Shown in pieces: positions 17,833 through 27,674 of a stretch of 64,000 nt of DNA. The stretch is taken from NCBI GenBank assembly GCA_016928115.1, contig JAFGLI010000007.1, forward strand, positions 12,364-76,363, given 5' to 3'. Every line of letters begins with the position of its first letter. Position 1 is the stretch's first letter. This stretch comes from Candidatus Woesearchaeota archaeon (GTDB taxonomy: Archaea > Nanobdellota > Nanobdellia > Woesearchaeales > UBA9642). The notes below the pieces were generated by a model, which was not told where the DNA came from, made no database searches, and saw nothing but the letters and a program-made list of their open reading frames with translations. Made by a program: the position numbers and the translations under genes.

Positions 17833-18171
17833 TTATATTGTTATAAGAATAACTCCAAATATTATAAATATTACCCCCAGCCATTTATTCAGGTTCATTT
17901 TTTCTTTTAATATCAAAACACTGAATATGATAACCCATATGTAACTTAAGGAAGTTAAAGGATAAAGAACAGAAACTTCTGCAAGCTTTAAGCCATAAAC
18001 AAATAATATTACTGAAATAATATATATAAAGACTGCAAGGTAAAACCTGTATTTTCTGAAAAAATTCAGATTAAAACTAAAATGCTTTGAAACTTGTTTT
18101 AACAACAAAGCTCCTATAGCTCCTAAAAAGGTTGCAATGATTACTAAGATTAAAGCGGTTGGATTAATCAT
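17833..18171 (-). CDS. SMR/EamA-like 4-TM half-transporter (ArnE/ArnF-like flippase subunit)
   Basis: 112 aa, four TM helices; ATGA overlap with the upstream paralog. Confidence 0.6.
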   Translation of the reverse strand: MINPTALILVIIATFLGAIGALLLKQVSKHFSFNLNFFRKYRFYLAVFIYIISVILFVYGLKLAEVSVLYPLTSLSYIWVIIFSVLILKEKMNLNKWLGVIFIIFGVILITI

Positions 18172-18575
18172 GCTGCACCACCTTTTTTCATAAAGAAAGA
18201 ACCTGACATTATAAACATAATGGCTGTTGTTTTTAATATTGTTATAGGCTCATCAAACATAAAATATCCTATAAATAAAACCCAGATAAAGCTTAAGGAT
18301 ATTAAAGGATACATTAAAGATAAATCAGCTAATTTAAAAGCATAAAGCATTGTGAATGTGGCTATCCCGTAAACAACAAAGCCTGAAAAAAGATTGAGGT
18401 TTAAAAGGCTTAGCCAATTTAAGGAAATTTCTGCTGATGATAATTTAAGGAATATCTGTCCTAAGGCTGTAAACAAAGTAGAAAAAACCATTATTGAAAA
18501 AGCAGTAAGGATTTTTTTGTTTTTATCTTTTTTAACCATTTTATTCATAATCAGGCCATTTAACTTTCCATACAA
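18168..18575 (-). CDS. SMR/EamA-like 4-TM half-transporter, second subunit (likely true start at 18539)
   Basis: Four TM helices; the ORF-track start overlaps the AglB 3' end by 35 nt, and an in-frame ATG at 18537-18539 lies directly after the AglB stop. Confidence 0.6.
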   Translation of the reverse strand: MYGKLNGLIMNKMVKKDKNKKILTAFSIMVFSTLFTALGQIFLKLSSAEISLNWLSLLNLNLFSGFVVYGIATFTMLYAFKLADLSLMYPLISLSFIWVLFIGYFMFDEPITILKTTAIMFIMSGSFFMKKGGAA

Positions 18576-21447
18576 TTATCTTGTCGCCTGTAAAGCTGTT
18601 GGTTTTATAGAACATCTCAAAATTATCCAGAGTCATTCCCTCGAGATAGAACAATTTTGTGAATATTGACTCACTGAAAACGGGGTCGCAAACAAGAGAC
18701 ATATAAGTCTCGTTTTTATTTGCTATAACTATGTCAAAACCAAGCTCAGGATTATCAAAAACATATTCCTCTATATTATTATTGTTATAAAACAAAACAG
18801 CATGTGGCTTTAGGTTTTTAGTGCCTGCAGTTAAGCCAGTCTGGGTGTTTATGAAATTTATAACAAAACTGCTGCTGTTAAGATTATTCAAGTCAACTTT
18901 TATGCTGTCAATGACCACAGTCTGCTGGGAATCCTTACTTATTAATTTGTTATAATCGCATTCAACAACAACATCATCCTGTGTGCATTTTACAGTATCT
19001 GAAGTTAAGTAACTGGGCCATGGGCTTATCCATGCATTTGCTTCTCCCTCGCCCATAAAAGACTGGACATCATAATAATACTGTGAGGCTTCATTCTCAT
19101 CCCAGTTAAACTTGTCCATCAATGAGGGAACTGCCTCTTCATAGGTTTTCTTTTTTGTGTTTACATAAATGAAAGACTTGGTGAAGTTCCATCCACCGAA
19201 ATGCCCCCATACTCCTGCTTTTCCAACCATGTCCTCTGAGGTAATAAAATAATCCTCAGGAGGACTGCAGTGGGTATTCCTGATGACTTTATTTATTTGT
19301 TCTTCGGTTAATCCCAGAGAATCCAATTTATCTTCTGCTTCATCTTTTTCCATCAATATTATTTCATTCAGGACATCTATTGTTTTTAAGCTGTCATTAT
19401 TTAATGCCTCATTCAGGTAATCAAAGCCGTTTGTTGCACCGCAGTCCAGCATCCTTAATATTGCTATAGACTGCTCTTCTGAATCTGTAAGCATAAGCTT
19501 GCCCAGCCAATGGGCCTGAGGCCTGTTCTGTCCTCCTCCATCCAGAGTTACCCTTCTGTCTGCAACAAACTTGAACCAGTGGCCGAAGTCCCACCAGGAG
19601 TTTATTATAGCATCCTGTGATGATTCATTCCTTATCTGTGTCAGTGCATTATACCAGGCATCATTCATGCTCGGGATTTCGCCTTTTGCAGTATTATGGG
19701 CAGAGCTCATGAAAGGAATTAATATTAATAAGGATAAAACACTAATTACGATTGCTTTTGAAAGAGTTTTATTAAGCTCAAACTCCTTTCTTATTAGTCT
19801 TGACAGCATATCTGACAATATGCCTGTGAATAAGCCAAAAGCCAGGGCAAATGCAGGGACTAATAATAAGATAAACCTTACTCCTTTTCTTGATGTATAT
19901 ATCCCGCCGATAAGCCATAATGTGATAAAAACAGCATATTTCACATCAATATTTTCATTTTTCATTAAAATAATTATCAGGCCAATTAACAAAGGAATGA
20001 ATATTATGAAAAGGTAGGGTATTGTGCTTAAGCCCAGAGCATAGGGGCTTATAAGGAAAAGGAATAATAATACTGAAATAACTATAAATAACCATTCTTT
20101 AGGCTCAATTTTCTCTAATTTTTTATCTATTAATGTAATGATTGTTCCGAGCAGGGCTATGAAAAAGAATATTTTCCCGCCAAGGCTGTTTACTATGCTT
20201 TTTAATGAAGAAGGGTTTAATTCGGCAACAGTTGTATAAACATTAGGCCATAAGTCTGATTTAGCTGCAACGTCTATTGTCTGTGCTTGTTCCAGAGCCT
20301 CAAAAGGGCCTGTATAAAATTTTTCAAAATTACCAAAATATGAAACTGCTAAGGCTGAAAAAACCATGAATACCAGAATTACCAACAAAGTGTTTTTTAA
20401 CTTGGGGTTTGTAAAAACCTTTTTCAGATTGTTTTTGTTTTCAATAAATAATTTTACAAGCAAGTAAACAATATAAATCAACAATGTCCCAAGAACAACA
20501 TCAAATATATACCACCACCCGCTCCATGCCCAGCTGAACAATCCTACTGAAATTCCTCCAAGAACTGCATAGGATATTCTTTTTTTAATAGTGTCTGCCT
20601 CAAAGCTCTCAAGGAAAAACCATGCTATTAATAAAGGGAAGAAGAAATTATATGCGTCTGTATCAACAAAACCTGCTGCTGTTCTTCCAATCAGAACAGG
20701 ATGTATTCCCACCAACATTGCAGAAATAAATCCCCCGAAATTGCCTGCTTTTTTTCTTACTATAAAGAAGGCAGGAATTGTGGCCAGCATTGATATGAAT
20801 AAAGGCAGAATAAAAACAGCAGAAGGGAGAGTTGTGTCTTTGTTGAAAAAATGTGCTATCTTATAAAAATTATACTCCATAAATGTATGCAGGTCCATGC
20901 CGCTAAATTTTGGCTTTTCTTCAGTTGGAATTCCTAATGGAGCCAATTTGTATGTGTTATAATATGTGCCGTTAACCTCAATATCCCAGGTATGGCCTTT
21001 CTCAATCATATTCTGTGTTTTTCTGAGGTACTGGTAAGGATCAATAGCTAAAAGATAAGTCTGCCCGTCCTCATATTTCATTCTTGTTTTAAAATAATCG
21101 GAAGTTGCCTGTATTTGTGATTCTATATCATCCTTATTTTGCTTTAACAGCTCATTGAACTGCTCATTAACAACACTGTTTCTCTGTGCATTAGGCAGGT
21201 TGGGATACTGCTTTGCTACTTCATCTGCAAGATTATTTTTTATATTATTATATACTGTTGACCTTGCCCAGTCATCTGTTATAGGCAGGTTTATAGGATG
21301 TGCCCTGTAATAAGCAGAAAAGAACATAGGTATCAGTATTAATATAAGGATTAGCCATGCTGCAGTATTTTTTCCGGAAAAGAAATTCTTTATCTTTGAA
21401 AAATCAAAAGAAATTTCAGGCTCCTTTTCCTTTTTTTTCTTCCCCAT
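18541..21447 (-). CDS. aglB: archaeal oligosaccharyltransferase AglB (STT3 homolog)
   Basis: 968 aa, about 13 N-terminal TM helices, WWDYG-type motif INSWWDFGHWF, large C-terminal soluble domain. Confidence 0.85.
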   Translation of the reverse strand: MGKKKKEKEPEISFDFSKIKNFFSGKNTAAWLILILILIPMFFSAYYRAHPINLPITDDWARSTVYNNIKNNLADEVAKQYPNLPNAQRNSVVNEQFNELLKQNKDDIESQIQATSDYFKTRMKYEDGQTYLLAIDPYQYLRKTQNMIEKGHTWDIEVNGTYYNTYKLAPLGIPTEEKPKFSGMDLHTFMEYNFYKIAHFFNKDTTLPSAVFILPLFISMLATIPAFFIVRKKAGNFGGFISAMLVGIHPVLIGRTAAGFVDTDAYNFFFPLLIAWFFLESFEADTIKKRISYAVLGGISVGLFSWAWSGWWYIFDVVLGTLLIYIVYLLVKLFIENKNNLKKVFTNPKLKNTLLVILVFMVFSALAVSYFGNFEKFYTGPFEALEQAQTIDVAAKSDLWPNVYTTVAELNPSSLKSIVNSLGGKIFFFIALLGTIITLIDKKLEKIEPKEWLFIVISVLLFLFLISPYALGLSTIPYLFIIFIPLLIGLIIILMKNENIDVKYAVFITLWLIGGIYTSRKGVRFILLLVPAFALAFGLFTGILSDMLSRLIRKEFELNKTLSKAIVISVLSLLILIPFMSSAHNTAKGEIPSMNDAWYNALTQIRNESSQDAIINSWWDFGHWFKFVADRRVTLDGGGQNRPQAHWLGKLMLTDSEEQSIAILRMLDCGATNGFDYLNEALNNDSLKTIDVLNEIILMEKDEAEDKLDSLGLTEEQINKVIRNTHCSPPEDYFITSEDMVGKAGVWGHFGGWNFTKSFIYVNTKKKTYEEAVPSLMDKFNWDENEASQYYYDVQSFMGEGEANAWISPWPSYLTSDTVKCTQDDVVVECDYNKLISKDSQQTVVIDSIKVDLNNLNSSSFVINFINTQTGLTAGTKNLKPHAVLFYNNNNIEEYVFDNPELGFDIVIANKNETYMSLVCDPVFSESIFTKLFYLEGMTLDNFEMFYKTNSFTGDKIIVWKVKWPDYE

Positions 21448-21543
21448 ATTAAACCCTGAACATAAAGGATAAAAGGTTATTTATAAAATTTATCCTATAA
21501 TTACAAAAGATATATAAAATAGTTTTGTTTCATTCCCAATAGG

Positions 21544-21879
21544 GTGTTTAAAATGGAGATAATACAGGTTTTGGTTATAATTTTTGCTGTTTATTTAATA
21601 GTAAAGGTTATATTTAATTTTAAAAGGGAAAAGATATCCTTGAGTGAATTCATATTCTGGGAGATATTGTGGATATTGCTGATTATTCTGGCAGTTTTTC
21701 CACGAAATTTTAATACAATTGCAGAAAAAATAGGTGTCAGCAGCATATTCAACCTTATTGTTTATATCAGCATTATCCTTTTGTTTTTTCTGATATACAA
21801 ATTATACATAAAAAGCGAAGAGCAGAGGGAAGAGATAACTAAATTAGTAAGGGAAATAACACTGAAAAAGAAAAAATGA
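21544..21879 (+). CDS. small membrane protein (DUF2304-like), first gene of the glycosylation operon
   Basis: 111 aa, three hydrophobic helices, Lys-rich tail; 4-nt overlap with the downstream GT4. Confidence 0.5.
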   Translation: MFKMEIIQVLVIIFAVYLIVKVIFNFKREKISLSEFIFWEILWILLIILAVFPRNFNTIAEKIGVSSIFNLIVYISIILLFFLIYKLYIKSEEQREEITKLVREITLKKKK

Positions 21880-22994
21880 ATAAGAGAATTTGTTTTTCAA
21901 ACCCCACTTTGTTAATGAAGAGGCCAATAGCCCAGATTAGTGAAAAGGTTAATGGAAAAGTTAAGGTTTTTACTCCTAGAAAAGCTTTTTCTGATAAGGA
22001 TAATTCCATGCATTACTCAAAGTTGAAAGTTGATGTTGAAAGTTATCCCTGCTTTAGTTTAGGTATGGGTTTTGAATGGCCTGTTCCAATTTGTTTTTTG
22101 CCCAGGGCATGGAAAGTTTTAAGGGATAATGATATTATCCATATGTGGGTTCCGTTTTATTTATCCCATACGATGATGGCTGTTCTGAAGAAATTTTTTT
22201 TCAGGAGGAAGAAATTAATATTAACCATGGACACCATTCCTGCTTATTCTTTTTCAATGGGAAAATTTATGGATTTTTTATTTAAGGTTTATTTTAAAAC
22301 CTTTGGGAGAATAGTATTTTCTGCTGCTGATGAAATTACATTATATGGTGAGTCTTTTAGAAAATATGCTGAAAAAGCAGGAGTTCCTGTAAAGAAAATA
22401 AGGATAACCCCAACAGGCATTGATGTTAATGTTAAGAAAAGCGACAGGGACATAAGGAAAGAGTTCGGAATAGGAAAAAATGAAAAGATTGTTCTGGGCA
22501 TAGGAATATGCAACAACAGGAAAGGTATAGATAATTTTGTAAAAACTGCTGAAAAATTTAAGAGAAAGGATGTTCATTTCATATGGGTCGGAGGGGGGAG
22601 TAAACTAAATGAATTCAAAGCACTTAACAAAAGGTTAAATGCTAATATCATATTTACGGGATTTCGCAGGGATGTTTATAACTTTTATAACCAAGCAGAT
22701 TTGTTCTTTTTTCCTTCAAGAGGAGAGGGTTTGGCGGGGGTTATAATGGAGGCAATGGTTTACGGACTGCCTGTTGTTAGCTCAGATATTGCAGGCAACA
22801 GAGATTTGATATCAAACAACAGAAACGGCTGCTTATGCAAAAAAGAGGATGTAAAAGGCTATGCAAGAAAGATAAATACTCTTTTGGAGAATAAAAAATC
22901 AAGGGATAAATTTATCAGTAATTCAAAGGAAAAGATAAAGAATAAATATGAATGGGGGAAGAATATCAAGGGTTTTATGAGGTTGTATGAATGA
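21876..22994 (+). CDS. GT4 family glycosyltransferase
   Basis: E-X7-E motif EGLAGVIMEAMVYGLPVVSSD. Confidence 0.8.
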   Translation: MNKRICFSNPTLLMKRPIAQISEKVNGKVKVFTPRKAFSDKDNSMHYSKLKVDVESYPCFSLGMGFEWPVPICFLPRAWKVLRDNDIIHMWVPFYLSHTMMAVLKKFFFRRKKLILTMDTIPAYSFSMGKFMDFLFKVYFKTFGRIVFSAADEITLYGESFRKYAEKAGVPVKKIRITPTGIDVNVKKSDRDIRKEFGIGKNEKIVLGIGICNNRKGIDNFVKTAEKFKRKDVHFIWVGGGSKLNEFKALNKRLNANIIFTGFRRDVYNFYNQADLFFFPSRGEGLAGVIMEAMVYGLPVVSSDIAGNRDLISNNRNGCLCKKEDVKGYARKINTLLENKKSRDKFISNSKEKIKNKYEWGKNIKGFMRLYE

Positions 22995-24115
22995 AAAAGA
23001 AAAATATTCTGATTTTATTAACATCTTCTTATGGTGGGGGAGCAGAAAGACTGGTTCTGGACCAAATGAAATATCATAACAGGAAAAAATTCAATTTATA
23101 TGTCAGAACATTAAGAAAAGGCAACTTAGAAAAAGAGTTTATTAATACAGCTGAAAAGAATAATGTTGATTATGAAAGTTTAGATTTAAAGAGTAGGTTT
23201 TCCTTGATTGGCTTGTTTAGATTGAATAGTATGATTAGAAAAAATAAAATAAATTTAGTTAATACATCCTTGATAGAAGCAGATATGTATGGTTTTTTTC
23301 TTAAATTATTAAGTCATGAAACAAAATTTATTTCTGTAAGACAAAACAAAAACCAATTCAGAAAAAATAAGATTTTTGGTATTTTAAACTATGTTTTTTC
23401 CTTAGTAGATAAGAAGATAGTTTGTGTTTCAAAAAGTGTAAAAGAATTTATCAATAAATATGAATATATCCCTGAAAAAAAACTAGATGTAATCTTTAAT
23501 GCTGTGGATATAAAAAGATTCGAGAATACTAAGAAAGATAAAAAACTAAGAAAAAGTTTTGAGTATAAAAATAAAAAAACATTTTTAATAGGTCTTGTGG
23601 GCAGGTTAAACAAGCAAAAAGGGCATAGGTATTTGTTCCGTGCTTTAAATATTCTTAAAGATAAAAGATACAAAAACATAAAATTATTAGTAATTGGTAA
23701 AGGTGAGCTTGAAGAAAGACTAATGAAACTCAGGAAGGATTTAGGATTGGATAAAGAAATAGAATTTCTGGGTTTTAGAAAAGATATTGATAAGATATAT
23801 AAGATACTGGATTTATTCTGTCTACCCTCAGACTTTGAAGGCCTGCCCTTGGCTTTAATGGAAGCAATGGCTTCAGAATGCTGCTGTCTGGTTTCAGATA
23901 TTCCTGAAAATAAGGAACTAACAGATAACAAAAAAAATGGCCTTACTTTCATAAGAGGAAACCATAAAGATCTTGCTGAAAAAATAGAAGATTTATATAA
24001 TAACACCAAATCAAGAAAAAAATACAGTAAAAAAGCTAATGAGAAAATTAAAAAAAATTATGATATTAAAAAGATTACAAAACAATATGAAGAATTATGG
24101 TCAAGATTAATTTAA
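22991..24115 (+). CDS. GT4 family glycosyltransferase
   Basis: EGLPLALMEAMASECCCLVSD (E-X7-E); KQKG motif. Confidence 0.8.
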   Translation: MKKKNILILLTSSYGGGAERLVLDQMKYHNRKKFNLYVRTLRKGNLEKEFINTAEKNNVDYESLDLKSRFSLIGLFRLNSMIRKNKINLVNTSLIEADMYGFFLKLLSHETKFISVRQNKNQFRKNKIFGILNYVFSLVDKKIVCVSKSVKEFINKYEYIPEKKLDVIFNAVDIKRFENTKKDKKLRKSFEYKNKKTFLIGLVGRLNKQKGHRYLFRALNILKDKRYKNIKLLVIGKGELEERLMKLRKDLGLDKEIEFLGFRKDIDKIYKILDLFCLPSDFEGLPLALMEAMASECCCLVSDIPENKELTDNKKNGLTFIRGNHKDLAEKIEDLYNNTKSRKKYSKKANEKIKKNYDIKKITKQYEELWSRLI

Positions 24116-24132
24116 TTATAAAGGTGATATGA

Positions 24133-25050
24133 ATGAAAATATTAATAACTGGAAGCAGCGGAACAATTGGAACAAGACTGTGTGAAAAACTAATAGAAAA
24201 AGGTCATGAAGTAATTGGCATAGATTGGAGAAAAAACAAGTGGAATAAACAAATAGATGAAAAAACAATCCATATGGACTTAAGGGAAAAAGAAAAGATT
24301 CTAGAACAATTACCTAAAGACATTGATTTGGTTATTCATTTAGCCGCAAATGCAAGAGTATATGATTTAGTTGTAGACCCTTCAAGAGCAAGGGATAACT
24401 TTGAGACATTATTCAATGTTCTTGAATACACAAGACAAAACAATATAAAAAAATTCATGTTCGCATCATCAAGGGAAGTGTATGGAAATTCAGAAAAAAT
24501 AACACATAATGAAGAGGAGGCTTATGTAAAAAACTGTGAAAGCCCATATACTGGCTCAAAAGTTGCAGGTGAATCAATGGTTCATGCTTATCAGCAGTGT
24601 TATGGAATAAATTTTGTAATATTCAGGTTTTCAAATGTCTATGGGATGTATGACGACAGTAATAGGGTAATCCCTTTATTCATTGAAAAAGCAAAAAAAG
24701 GAGAAGATTTAATAGTTTATGGAAAGGAAAAACTATTGGATTTTACTTATATTGATGACACTATAAATGGAATTATAAAATGCATAGAGAAATTTGATGA
24801 AATAAAGAACGACACATTCAATTTATCTTATGGGAAAGGAAATACAATATTAAAGGTGGCTGAAATAATTAAAAACAAAATCAATTCTGATATAAAAATA
24901 ATAATAAAAGAAAACAGAACTGGAGAAGTCGTTAAGTTTGTTGCAGACATAAGCAAAGCCCAAAATAAGCTGGATTATAAGCCTGAAATAAATATAAAAG
25001 AAGGAATTAAAAATTCAATTGAATGGTTTGAAAACAATGTGAAAAAATAA
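24133..25050 (+). CDS. NAD-dependent nucleotide-sugar epimerase/dehydratase
   Basis: ITGSSGTIG Rossmann, YTGSKVAGE (YxxxK), FRFSNVYG. Confidence 0.8.
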   Translation: MKILITGSSGTIGTRLCEKLIEKGHEVIGIDWRKNKWNKQIDEKTIHMDLREKEKILEQLPKDIDLVIHLAANARVYDLVVDPSRARDNFETLFNVLEYTRQNNIKKFMFASSREVYGNSEKITHNEEEAYVKNCESPYTGSKVAGESMVHAYQQCYGINFVIFRFSNVYGMYDDSNRVIPLFIEKAKKGEDLIVYGKEKLLDFTYIDDTINGIIKCIEKFDEIKNDTFNLSYGKGNTILKVAEIIKNKINSDIKIIIKENRTGEVVKFVADISKAQNKLDYKPEINIKEGIKNSIEWFENNVKK

Positions 25051-25052
25051 AA

Positions 25053-25871
25053 ATGAAAAAAATAAATCTAATCAATAAAGACATAAAAGAAAAGAAGTTT
25101 AAAAAATTGTTCAAAAGATTTTACAGAGAATTTCTAAGAAAAATATTTAAATTACAGTCTTCAAAAAACAAAGTTAAAATTTTAGAAGAAAAATGGGATA
25201 ATTTAATAGTTCTGGATGCATGTAGATACGATTATTTCAAAGAAATTTACAGTAATTACTTAAAAGGAAAACTAGAAAAGAAACTTTCTTTAGGAACTAA
25301 TACTAAAGAATGGTTAGGTAAAAATTTTAATAAAAAAACAGATATAGTTTATATAAGTTCAAATCCTTTTGTGAATAATCTAAAAAGAAAAAAAGAACCA
25401 TGGAATAAAAATTTCTATAAGATAATTTCTTTATGGAATACAAAATGGGATGAGAACTTAGATTCTGTCCATCCAAAAGAAGTCGTTAAAATAGCAAATG
25501 ATATAGACAAAAAATATCCAAACCAAAGAAAGATTATCCACTTTATGCAGCCTCATTTACCTTACTTAAATAAATCCAAAGAATTTAATAAAAAAATATT
25601 CGAGAAATCAAGAGAAGGTAAATTAAATAAAAAAGATATTGAAGAAATGAAAGAGGCATATAGAGAAAATTTGAAAATAGTATTAAAGGAATTAAAGAAT
25701 TTAAAACTAAAAGGAAAAACAATTGTTACAGCAGACCATGGAGAATTATTTGGAGAGCATGGATTATATTTACATCATGCAGGGATTTATTTTAAAGAAT
25801 TGGTTGAGATTCCTTGGTTTGTTATGAAAAAAAGTAAAAAAGAAAAAATAGTTGACAAGATAAAGATCTAA
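25053..25871 (+). CDS. alkaline-phosphatase-superfamily protein (type I phosphodiesterase/PF01663-like, divergent)
   Basis: LIVLDACRYDYF (metal-site-1-like), TADHGELFGEHGLYLH (DHG motif). Confidence 0.55.
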   Translation: MKKINLINKDIKEKKFKKLFKRFYREFLRKIFKLQSSKNKVKILEEKWDNLIVLDACRYDYFKEIYSNYLKGKLEKKLSLGTNTKEWLGKNFNKKTDIVYISSNPFVNNLKRKKEPWNKNFYKIISLWNTKWDENLDSVHPKEVVKIANDIDKKYPNQRKIIHFMQPHLPYLNKSKEFNKKIFEKSREGKLNKKDIEEMKEAYRENLKIVLKELKNLKLKGKTIVTADHGELFGEHGLYLHHAGIYFKELVEIPWFVMKKSKKEKIVDKIKI

Positions 25872-25872
25872 A

Positions 25873-26931
25873 ATGTCAAAGATAAACATATTCACAAATG
25901 CAGACTTTGGAAATAAAACTAATCTAAAGACTAAAGAGGTCTCACATATAATCAAACCCTTAGATAAAAATATAGAAAATATTTATTGTAGAAGTTGTTA
26001 TGGTGTAAATGATAAAAGATACAATGCTTTAATCCCTTTCCAAGACCGAATACCTAAAATCATGTATGTTTTGGGTTTGTATAATAAAACCCATAATTTG
26101 TTCGATTGGTTTGCTTCTAAAAAGAAAATAGACAATGGTTCAATAAATATATATTATCCTCATAAGTTCTACAATACAATAAAGAAAAACAAAAAAAATT
26201 TCAACATTGGTTTCATTGCTAGCATATTAGAATTAAAATTTCAATATTTAAAATACTTTAATTACATTTTAGTTCTTTCCGATTATAATAAAGAATTATT
26301 ACTCAAGAAAAAAATTCCAAAAGAAAAAATCTATATAACTCCATTGGGTGTAGATACAGAAAGGTTTAAGCCGGGAAAAAAGAAAGATGATGTTTTCAGG
26401 ATTATAGCAGTGGCAAATTATGGTTTATTAAAGGGGTTTCAATATCTGCTTAAGGCATGGGAAGAACTAAATCTGAAAAATGCAGAATTGATTTTTGTAG
26501 GAAATCCATCAAAAGAAATGAAAAAAACCACTAAAGAATATAAAAAGAAGCTTGATAATTTCAGGACTGTTCCCCACACTGACCCTGTTGTGTATTATCA
26601 AAATTCATCCCTTTTGGTTCACCCTTCACTAACAGAAGGCTCTGCAAAAGTGATTTATGAAGCAATGTCCTGCGGTTTGCCTGTGATTACAACATTTGAA
26701 TCAGGCTCTGTTGTAAGAGATAAAAAAGACGGATTTATCATACCAGCAAGAAATAGTAATGCAATAAAGGAAAAAATATTGTATTTCCATAATAATCCTG
26801 AAAAAATAAAGGAAATGGGTAAAAATGCAAGGGAAAACATTCTAAAAAATTATACCTGGGATCATTTTTCAGAAAGGGTTTATAAAATTATTAAAGATAT
26901 TTGTAAAAAGGAGGGGTTAAAATTAAATTAA
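25873..26931 (+). CDS. GT4-like glycosyltransferase
   Basis: C-terminal EGSAKVIYEAMSCGLPVITT (E-X7-E). Confidence 0.75.
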   Translation: MSKINIFTNADFGNKTNLKTKEVSHIIKPLDKNIENIYCRSCYGVNDKRYNALIPFQDRIPKIMYVLGLYNKTHNLFDWFASKKKIDNGSINIYYPHKFYNTIKKNKKNFNIGFIASILELKFQYLKYFNYILVLSDYNKELLLKKKIPKEKIYITPLGVDTERFKPGKKKDDVFRIIAVANYGLLKGFQYLLKAWEELNLKNAELIFVGNPSKEMKKTTKEYKKKLDNFRTVPHTDPVVYYQNSSLLVHPSLTEGSAKVIYEAMSCGLPVITTFESGSVVRDKKDGFIIPARNSNAIKEKILYFHNNPEKIKEMGKNARENILKNYTWDHFSERVYKIIKDICKKEGLKLN

Positions 26932-27674
26932 TCATAAGAGATGATGACTTATCATACTTCGCAAAGCCGGAACAATTAACTAATCTGTATAAAGAAATAT
27001 GGGACAAATATCCTGTTCATTTTGCTGTTATTCCTAATGTTTATACAAGGCAAAAAGAAGTTCCTGAAAACATAAAGCCGGAAAATGATTTCTATAAGAT
27101 AAATAAAAACAAAGAACTGGTTAAATTTTTAAAACAAAAAATAAAAGAAGGAAAAATAAGAATATGGCAGCATGGCTTTACACATAAGAACTACGGCAAT
27201 AAATTTGAGCTGGAAAGAAAAAATAAGAAACAAGTATATAAAGAATTAAAACAGGGAAAAGAACTCCTTGAAAAAACATTCAATATAAAAATAGACACTT
27301 TGGTCGCACCTCATGATAGGTTTTCAAAAGAAGCCATAGAAGCAGCAGAAAAAATAGGCTATGAATATATATGCAGAGGTTTTTCTCCTTTGCCAAGGGA
27401 AATTCAATGGAATAATCCAAAATACTTAATATCGTACTCAAAACTATTTTTATTTTTATTGAAAAAAGGAAGAAAATACAGGTATCCAAAAATACTAAAC
27501 TTTGGAAAACACAAAGAGATTTACAGTTACAGGATTCAACACATAAATAAAAACAATATGAACAAAATATTAAAACTGCATAAAAATAATGTTTTATATA
27601 TAACCAATCATTATTTAAACCTAAACAAAAAAGAAACAGAAATAATAAAAGAAATAATAAAGAGAGTAAAATGA
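26922..27674 (+). CDS. NodB-fold polysaccharide deacetylase-like protein (DUF2334-like) lacking a canonical start codon (candidate ATT start)
   Basis: Frame open from 26907; IIRDDD (TFDDG-like) and QHGFTH (HxxxH) motifs. The first ATG/GTG/TTG in frame is at 27300, well inside the domain. AAAGGAGGGG RBS sits 5 nt before an in-frame ATT at 26922. Stop overlaps the next start (ATGA). Confidence 0.5.
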   Translation: MKLIIRDDDLSYFAKPEQLTNLYKEIWDKYPVHFAVIPNVYTRQKEVPENIKPENDFYKINKNKELVKFLKQKIKEGKIRIWQHGFTHKNYGNKFELERKNKKQVYKELKQGKELLEKTFNIKIDTLVAPHDRFSKEAIEAAEKIGYEYICRGFSPLPREIQWNNPKYLISYSKLFLFLLKKGRKYRYPKILNFGKHKEIYSYRIQHINKNNMNKILKLHKNNVLYITNHYLNLNKKETEIIKEIIKRVK

